Assembly: GCA_045863295.1 (NCBI GenBank)
Contig: BTWA01000011.1
Location: 32,001 to 96,000 of the forward strand
Length of the DNA stretch: 64,000 nucleotides
Direction of reading: 5' to 3'
From: Candidatus Hydrogenedentota bacterium
Lineage (GTDB): Bacteria; Hydrogenedentota; Hydrogenedentia; Hydrogenedentales; SLHB01
A program made the position numbers and the translations under genes. Below the pieces are notes generated by a model. That model saw only the letters and a program-made list of their open reading frames with translations. It searched no databases and was not told where the DNA came from. Shown one piece after another: positions 58,429-64,000 of the stretch (the first letter of the stretch is position 1; every line of letters starts with the position of its first letter).

Positions 58429-59011
58429 GGCGTTTCTCACTCCTTCCGAGCAAACGATGCTGTTGCACATCGCGCGTGACAGCATGACGGCCGCCGTCCG
58501 GGACGGGCGCCCGGTCGATCCGTTTTCCTATCCCCTTTCGCCAGCATTGCAGGAGAAGCACGGCGCGTTTGTGACGTTACGGCACGGCGGAGAATTGCGC
58601 GGCTGTATTGGTTCCGTGGCACATCAAAAGGCGATTGCGGTGTCGGTCAGTGAAAACGCGGTGAACTCGGCGACGCGTGATCCCCGGTTTGCTCCTGTCC
58701 GGAACGAAGAGATTGAGCATATTCGCATTGAGATTTCGGCGTTGACGTTTGGGGATACACCGGAAACGCCATTCAAACGCGTGCAGGATATTGGGGAGAT
58801 AGTGATAGGCCGGGACGGGTTGTTCGTGGAGTGTCCGCCGCGACGGGGCGGGTTATTGTTGCCTCAAGTGGCCGTTGAGCGCGGCTGGGATGTGGCGACG
58901 TTTTTGTGCAATGTTTGCCGCAAGGCGGGTTATCCGGACAATGCATGGCAACGGCCTGACGCGAGGCTGTTCCGATTTTCGGCACAGGTGTTCGGCGAAG
59001 AACCGGATTGA
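58394..59011 (+). CDS. AmmeMemoRadiSam protein A (AMMECR1 domain)
   Basis: GAFVTL...ELRGCIG, ATRDPRF, IEISAL, GRDGL, GLLLPQVA, CRKAG; start uncertain (58394/58415/58457). Confidence 0.92.
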   Translation: MPPRTIPLERSEAFLTPSEQTMLLHIARDSMTAAVRDGRPVDPFSYPLSPALQEKHGAFVTLRHGGELRGCIGSVAHQKAIAVSVSENAVNSATRDPRFAPVRNEEIEHIRIEISALTFGDTPETPFKRVQDIGEIVIGRDGLFVECPPRRGGLLLPQVAVERGWDVATFLCNVCRKAGYPDNAWQRPDARLFRFSAQVFGEEPD

Positions 59012-59033
59012 CTTCATAGGGAGGTGTTTGTTC

Positions 59034-59690
59034 ATGGCGGGATGGCGCGCGACGGCCTTCGTTGTTGTTTGTCTATCCGTCAGCGCGAATGCATACGCGA
59101 AGGTGGCGAAGGTCCAATTAGATCGGTTGGCGGCCGACGCCGATGTGATCGTCATCGCGACAGTTACGGGTATTGAGCGCGGCATCGGAGGGCGGATTGC
59201 CGAAGCGACGGTGGAAACCGTGGTGAAAGGAGATGCGGAAATCGCCACCGTACATTATGTTGCTTCGCCCACGTGGGTATGCGATACGAGCGATGCGGTG
59301 AAAGGCGAACGTGTTTTGTTGTTCCTGAATGACATCAAGAAGGAAGAGCCGGAGTGGTTCAGGCCGGTCACGCGCCTGAAGGCTCGGGCCCGCCAATTGA
59401 CGCATTTCTACGAGATAGGTTGGCATGGACAAGGGCGGCTTGTGATTGATTCGAGCCAGAGTGCCGTAGAGCAGGCCGAATCGCATTTCGATGTGGATTT
59501 TGCCGCCTATCTGAAAGACCGGATTGGGCAGGACGTGCACGATATACTTGCGTCCGTCTTAGGGGTGTTGGAGGCGATTGACCGCGATGGCATCGAGGGT
59601 CGTGCTTCCTTAATGGAGGGCGGAGAACCGACGCGTATTAACGCGCATGAATCGGGTGTGCCATCGGGCGACGCCGGAGGCGGAGAATGA
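59034..59690 (+). CDS. Hypothetical exported protein
   Basis: GGAGG RBS at 59020; signal peptide; 'LDRLAADADVIVIATV...VETVVKG...GERVLLFL' (OB/TIMP-like pattern). Confidence 0.65.
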   Translation: MAGWRATAFVVVCLSVSANAYAKVAKVQLDRLAADADVIVIATVTGIERGIGGRIAEATVETVVKGDAEIATVHYVASPTWVCDTSDAVKGERVLLFLNDIKKEEPEWFRPVTRLKARARQLTHFYEIGWHGQGRLVIDSSQSAVEQAESHFDVDFAAYLKDRIGQDVHDILASVLGVLEAIDRDGIEGRASLMEGGEPTRINAHESGVPSGDAGGGE

Positions 59691-60931
59691 CACCACTGTT
59701 CGCGGTATCCCTTGCCCTTAACTTTCTTGCAGCGCCCGAACCGGTTGTGCTTGCTACTGACGTGCCCGTTGGTTTCCCGCGCGCCTCGCAGGTGCGAGCG
59801 ATTACGGAGGAGCCGAAGCACCATTTTTTTGGGTACTACGGGATTTTTCCCTGGAGCGCGAGCGGGCGTTACATGGTGTATCTGGAAACGACGTTTAGCG
59901 ACCGGTTGGTGGAAGAGGTTGACCGGGCCGGGATTGTGCTGCATGACGTGCAATCCGGCGAGCGCAAGACTATAGCCGAAACGGGGGCGTGGAATTTTCA
60001 GCAGGGGGCGTTGGCTCACTGGATCGGGAATACCGACCGCATCGTGTACAACGATCGTGTGGACGGCGTTGTGGTGTCGGTGGTGCTTGATGTGGGTACC
60101 GGGCGCAAGCGAACGTTGCCGCGTCCGATTGCGGCGGTGTCCCCGGACGGGCGCACGGCGGCCTCGATAAATTATGCGCGGTTACGCGTGACGCGGCCTG
60201 ACTATGGGTATGCGGGCGAGGGCAATGCGTATGCCGGTGAGGTTGCGCCCGCGGATGACGGCCTTTGGATATTCGATTTGGAGACCGGCGAATCGAAGAT
60301 GGTGGTTTCATTGAAGCAGGTGTTTGATTTTGCCACGCCGGAACGGCAGAGCAGTGAGGACTTGTTCTGGTTCAATCACATTTTGTTCAGCCGTGACGGG
60401 GAACGGATCTTTTTTCTGGGGCGTACCCGGCATCAGTTGGGGCCGTTGAAGACCGCGGCGTTTACCGTAGGGTTGGATGGCGGCGAATTGCGCTGTCTGT
60501 TTCCTTACGCGTGGGGAGCTTCGCATTTCGACTGGATTGACGGGAAGCGCATCATGGCGACCACGCGCTATCAAGGGGAGTCTCCTTGGCGGCATGTGCT
60601 TGTGACCGATGGGAGCGCAGACTACACGGTGATAGCGCCGGATTTGCTTTCGGCTGATGGCCATGGTCATTTTTCGCCGGATGGGCGGTGGATGGTAACG
60701 GATTCGTATCCGGATAAGGAACGCTATCAACATTTGTACCTTGTGCGGATGGAAGACAATACGGGAGTTGAAATTGCGAAGTTTCAGGAGCCTGTCGAGT
60801 ACAAGGGCTTCTGGCGTTGCGATCTGCACCCGCGCTGGAGCCGTGATGGGAAGCGGCTGTGCATCGACTCGACGCACTCGGGCACGCGGCAGGTTTACGT
60901 CGTCGAATTGGATTGGCCTACGAGCCCATGA
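59687..60931 (+). CDS. TolB-like/oligogalacturonate-lyase-like beta-propeller protein
   Basis: HHFFGYY, AWNFQQG, WFNHILFSRDG, DGHGHFSPDG..VTDSYPD, RCDLHPRWSRDG..CIDSTH.G.RQVY. Confidence 0.78.
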   Translation: MTPLFAVSLALNFLAAPEPVVLATDVPVGFPRASQVRAITEEPKHHFFGYYGIFPWSASGRYMVYLETTFSDRLVEEVDRAGIVLHDVQSGERKTIAETGAWNFQQGALAHWIGNTDRIVYNDRVDGVVVSVVLDVGTGRKRTLPRPIAAVSPDGRTAASINYARLRVTRPDYGYAGEGNAYAGEVAPADDGLWIFDLETGESKMVVSLKQVFDFATPERQSSEDLFWFNHILFSRDGERIFFLGRTRHQLGPLKTAAFTVGLDGGELRCLFPYAWGASHFDWIDGKRIMATTRYQGESPWRHVLVTDGSADYTVIAPDLLSADGHGHFSPDGRWMVTDSYPDKERYQHLYLVRMEDNTGVEIAKFQEPVEYKGFWRCDLHPRWSRDGKRLCIDSTHSGTRQVYVVELDWPTSP

Positions 60932-61274
60932 TGGGGCGCTCAAACTCCTGGCCGCAGTAGAGGCATTTCCAGTGTTTTGAATTGGAGACGCGGTTGCAGG
61001 AGGGGCACCGCATGCCGACTTCGGTGAGCCGGCCGTCCTGGACGCCGTCCCGGAGATCGATTTCAGCGGCCTTTTGTTCCAATTCGGCGTCGGTTACATT
61101 AAGTTTTTCGCGCAGCAATTCCCAGAGCGCTTGATTCAGTAGCATGAGCCGTTGCACCTGGTGTTGCAATTCGCGCATTTGGCTTGCCGTTGATTGAATT
61201 TGCGAGCTCTCGTCGATTCGAACCCTGGGATTTGGGGCGATATTTTCCGAACCGTTCATCCATAGATTGATCAT
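60918..61274 (-). CDS. Small coiled-coil protein with C-terminal C4 zinc ribbon
   Basis: 'VQRLMLLNQALWELL...EIDLRDGVQDG' then CPSC...CLYCG; GGAAGG RBS. Confidence 0.75.
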   Translation of the reverse strand: MINLWMNGSENIAPNPRVRIDESSQIQSTASQMRELQHQVQRLMLLNQALWELLREKLNVTDAELEQKAAEIDLRDGVQDGRLTEVGMRCPSCNRVSNSKHWKCLYCGQEFERPIMGS

Positions 61275-61345
61275 AGGATTCCTTCCCTCGCGGCCAGCGT
61301 GGCGGCGGCGTCTATTGTAGGCGTGGGTTGCTTCGGGGGCAAGCC

Positions 61346-61375
61346 TTGACAGGATATTCGCCCGGGGCATAGGCT
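61346..61375 (+). promoter_or_regulatory. Candidate sigma70 promoter
   Basis: TTGACA-N18-TAGGCT upstream of the squalene synthase gene. Confidence 0.5.
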
Positions 61376-61451
61376 TATGGGATTCGGGGGGGACTGCTCA
61401 CGAGTACGTGGGCTGGCGGCTTTCTGGATTTCGACACGACCCGGACACAGC

Positions 61452-62573
61452 ATGACATTGCTTACCGATCACCATACGGCGCGAGCGGATTCGGATTTGG
61501 ATTACCAGAACCGGATTCTGGTGGATGTTTCGCGCACGTTTGCGTTGACGATTCCTCAATTGCCAGGCCGTTTGCGGACCGTGGTGGGCAATGCGTATCT
61601 GCTTTGCCGTTTGGCGGATACGATAGAGGATTCTGAGGTGTTGACGCTGGCAGAAAAGCGTCATTTCTACGATTTATTTGGCGCTGTGCTGAGTGGCCGG
61701 TGCGCGGCGGAGTCGTTTGCGGCCGACCTTGCGCCTTGCCTTGGGGGATCGGTGATTCCGGGCGAAGTGGATCTCGTGCGAAACACTCCGCGTGTGATTC
61801 ACGTATTTCAGACGTTCACGGAGGCGGAACAAGGGGCGCTGCAACGATGCGTGCGGATTATGGCGGAAGGCATGGAGGCGTTCCAGAAGGGCCGTTATTC
61901 GGACGGGCTGCCCAATCTTGCGTATCTCGACGCGTATTGTTATCACGTAGCGGGCGTTGTGGGCGAGATGTTGACGGAGCTATTTTGCGCGTATTCGCCC
62001 GCCATTGCGGAGCGCCGCGAGGCGCTGATGCAACGGGCGGTTTCCTTTGGGCAAGGGCTTCAGATGACCAATATTCTGAAGGACATTCACGAGGACAAGC
62101 AGCGCGAAATGTGTTGGCTTCCGAAGGACGTATTTCAAAACGAAGGTTTTGAGTTGTGCGATCTTTCGAATGGTCCGGGCGACAAGCGGTTTCACAAGGG
62201 GCTGCGGATGTTGGCGGGGATGGCCCATGGCCATCTGGAAAATGCGCTGGACTACACGCTTTTGATTCCGAACAACGAGACCGGCATACGGAAGTTTTGC
62301 ATATGGGCGATCAGTATGGCGGTGTTGACGCTTCGCAGGATACATGGGAATCCTGCATACCGTTCCGGCGCGGAGGTCAAGATTACCCGTAACAGCGTGC
62401 GGGTGACGATGTTGACGACGACGATGATCGTGCGCAGCGATCCACTTCTTCGCCTTGGGATGAAGGTTTCCTCGCTGGGTCTGCCGAAAATCCGTGTGGA
62501 GGCGCAATTGGGCGATTCGGTGCGTCATCCAGGCCCGGCGGCTACGCCGGATAGGGTTCATCCCCTGCCATGA
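61452..62573 (+). CDS. Squalene/phytoene synthase family protein (single-enzyme squalene synthase type)
   Basis: VSRTFALTI, YLLCRLADTIED, YCYHVAGVVGEMLT, FGQGLQMTNILKDIHED, FC.WA. Confidence 0.88.
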   Translation: MTLLTDHHTARADSDLDYQNRILVDVSRTFALTIPQLPGRLRTVVGNAYLLCRLADTIEDSEVLTLAEKRHFYDLFGAVLSGRCAAESFAADLAPCLGGSVIPGEVDLVRNTPRVIHVFQTFTEAEQGALQRCVRIMAEGMEAFQKGRYSDGLPNLAYLDAYCYHVAGVVGEMLTELFCAYSPAIAERREALMQRAVSFGQGLQMTNILKDIHEDKQREMCWLPKDVFQNEGFELCDLSNGPGDKRFHKGLRMLAGMAHGHLENALDYTLLIPNNETGIRKFCIWAISMAVLTLRRIHGNPAYRSGAEVKITRNSVRVTMLTTTMIVRSDPLLRLGMKVSSLGLPKIRVEAQLGDSVRHPGPAATPDRVHPLP

Positions 62574-63367
62574 GCGCGGTTCGAGAGCGCTATGTTTCAG
62601 AGATTTTCCAGTATGAGCGGGAAGGCTACGCCATTTTCAGGAACGTGCTCGACGCGGGACTCATTGCGGAGGCGCGGCGGCACAACGACTGGTTGTTGGA
62701 GCGCAATCCCGGTGTGCGGCCGGAACAGTCGCATCATTATTTAATGACGCGCGACCCATTTTGGGTACGTTTGGTGAGCGACGAGCGGCTGCTGGACATC
62801 GCCGAGTTGTTTGTGGGGCCGAATCTGGCGTTGTTTGGTTCGCATTATATCAGCAAGCGGCCACGGGACGGTCAGGCGGTTTTGTGGCATCAAGACGGTT
62901 CGTACTGGCCGCTGGAGCCGATGGAGGTGGTCTCGCTTTGGCTGGCCGTGGATGCGTCCACGCCGGAGAACGGGTGCATGCGCGTGATACCTGGCACGCA
63001 GCAGGTGGCGCTGCAGTCGCTACATGAGCGCAAGGACGTGGACAACGTGTTGGGATCGGGGATGGACGAACGGCTGGTGGATGAATCCAAGGCCGTCGAC
63101 CTCGTACTTAAGCCCGGTGATGTGTCGGTACATCATCCAAATGTCATTCACGGTTCCAATGCGAATCTTTCCACCAAGTGGCGGCGCAGCCTTACGATTC
63201 GATACATTCCGACCACGACCCGGATATTGCTGAAGAAGGGCGAGGGGATTCACCCGAGCGCTTTCCACTTGCGTGGCGAGGACCCGGGGTTGAACGAATA
63301 CAATCCTCGACCGGACTATGTGCCGGGGGCGTGCATGCCATTTGAAGGCTGCGACCGCTGGAAGTAG
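62570..63367 (+). CDS. Phytanoyl-CoA dioxygenase (PhyH) family 2OG-Fe(II) oxygenase
   Basis: WHQDGSYW (HxD), ENGCMRVIPG, HGSNAN...RR; ATGA overlap with the upstream gene. Confidence 0.9.
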   Translation: MSAVRERYVSEIFQYEREGYAIFRNVLDAGLIAEARRHNDWLLERNPGVRPEQSHHYLMTRDPFWVRLVSDERLLDIAELFVGPNLALFGSHYISKRPRDGQAVLWHQDGSYWPLEPMEVVSLWLAVDASTPENGCMRVIPGTQQVALQSLHERKDVDNVLGSGMDERLVDESKAVDLVLKPGDVSVHHPNVIHGSNANLSTKWRRSLTIRYIPTTTRILLKKGEGIHPSAFHLRGEDPGLNEYNPRPDYVPGACMPFEGCDRWK

Positions 63368-63414
63368 CGCTTTTCGGCAATGGCCTCGGGACAACCAATC
63401 AACACAGGTACATC

Positions 63415-63831
63415 ATGATACGATACACAACATCCGTTGACGAGATACGAGCGGACCAGTTGCAGGGGTTTTTCAAGGGATGGCAGAGCGCTCCGCCGCC
63501 GGAAACGCATCTTCAGATTTTGCGGAACAGCACCCATGTGGTGATAGCCGTTGACGACAATTCCGATCGGGTCGTGGGGTTTATTAATTGTCTTTCCGAT
63601 GGTGTTTTGTCTGCTTACATTCCATTGCTTGAGGTTTTGGATGAGTATCGCGGGCACGGGGTTGGCGCGGAGTTGTTCAAGCGTTTGATGGAACGAGTGG
63701 GCAAGCTTTATATGATCGATTGCATTTGTGATGCGATGTTGCAGCCGTTTTACGTGCGACTTGGGATGCGTCCCGCGACGGGGATGATGATTCGGAATTA
63801 CGAGCGTCAGCGGGGCGCGCCGGGGTCGTGA
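63415..63831 (+). CDS. GNAT family N-acetyltransferase
   Basis: VVGFI, LEVLDEYRGHGVG, PFYVRLG. Confidence 0.9.
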   Translation: MIRYTTSVDEIRADQLQGFFKGWQSAPPPETHLQILRNSTHVVIAVDDNSDRVVGFINCLSDGVLSAYIPLLEVLDEYRGHGVGAELFKRLMERVGKLYMIDCICDAMLQPFYVRLGMRPATGMMIRNYERQRGAPGS

Positions 63832-63915
63832 ACGGGATGCGAAAAAGGGTGATTCATTTTGGGGCAAAACCACGTAGTAGTGTAGTTTTGCCTTAATTTA
63901 TGCGGATGTCTTCTA

Positions 63916-63944
63916 TTGACAGAGTGCTGTAGGGTGTCTAGAAT
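63916..63944 (+). promoter_or_regulatory. Near-consensus sigma70 promoter for a gene beyond the right edge
   Basis: TTGACA(63916)-N17-TAGAAT(63939). Confidence 0.65.
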
Positions 63945-64000
63945 TCAGGTATAATGTCCAGTAGTACCCGTTCGAACGCGATGAATCTTGCGGCGTTGGC

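Noticed and set aside
57355..59011. Programmed frameshift fusing AmmeMemo B and A
   Set aside because: B ends in a normal low-complexity tail, A has plausible own starts, and no slippery site was evident.

Overview
GC-rich bacterial chromosomal window of about 55 genes; the 'GCP' lipoproteins, Tat-exported Gfo/Idh/MocA enzyme, DUF1800/DUF1501 pair and BlaI/M56 pair suggest Ca. Hydrogenedentes or a PVC-like lineage (inference only). Most of it is housekeeping or metabolic: sucA-sucB-lspA-lpdA, gpsA, ppiD-like, carA, ppa, iscS, metF, pyrC, an EF-G paralogue, squalene synthase and several carbohydrate enzymes. I saw no rRNA, tRNA, CRISPR array, integrase, transposase or reverse transcriptase. 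Main observations: (1) a two-gene unit at 44095-46870 encoding a stand-alone 71-75 aa protein resembling TFIIH p8/Tfb5 next to an 833-aa p52/Tfb2-like protein (Helicase_C_3 repeats plus WYL), a candidate bacterial TFIIH-core-like module; (2) two four-helix-bundle (Avd-like) genes, each associated with degenerate 9-bp GTCC/GGAC tandem arrays that form inverted repeats, one intact and one internally deleted; (3) an 8-bp-unit inverted-repeat element near 32.2 kb; (4) an apparently secreted MEMO1/AmmeMemoRadiSam-B protein lacking its metal ligands; (5) a + strand switch from C-rich to G-rich around 35-41 kb; (6) a RhuM-family gene at the left edge that is missing from the ORF track. All family assignments come from motif recognition by eye, not database searches.
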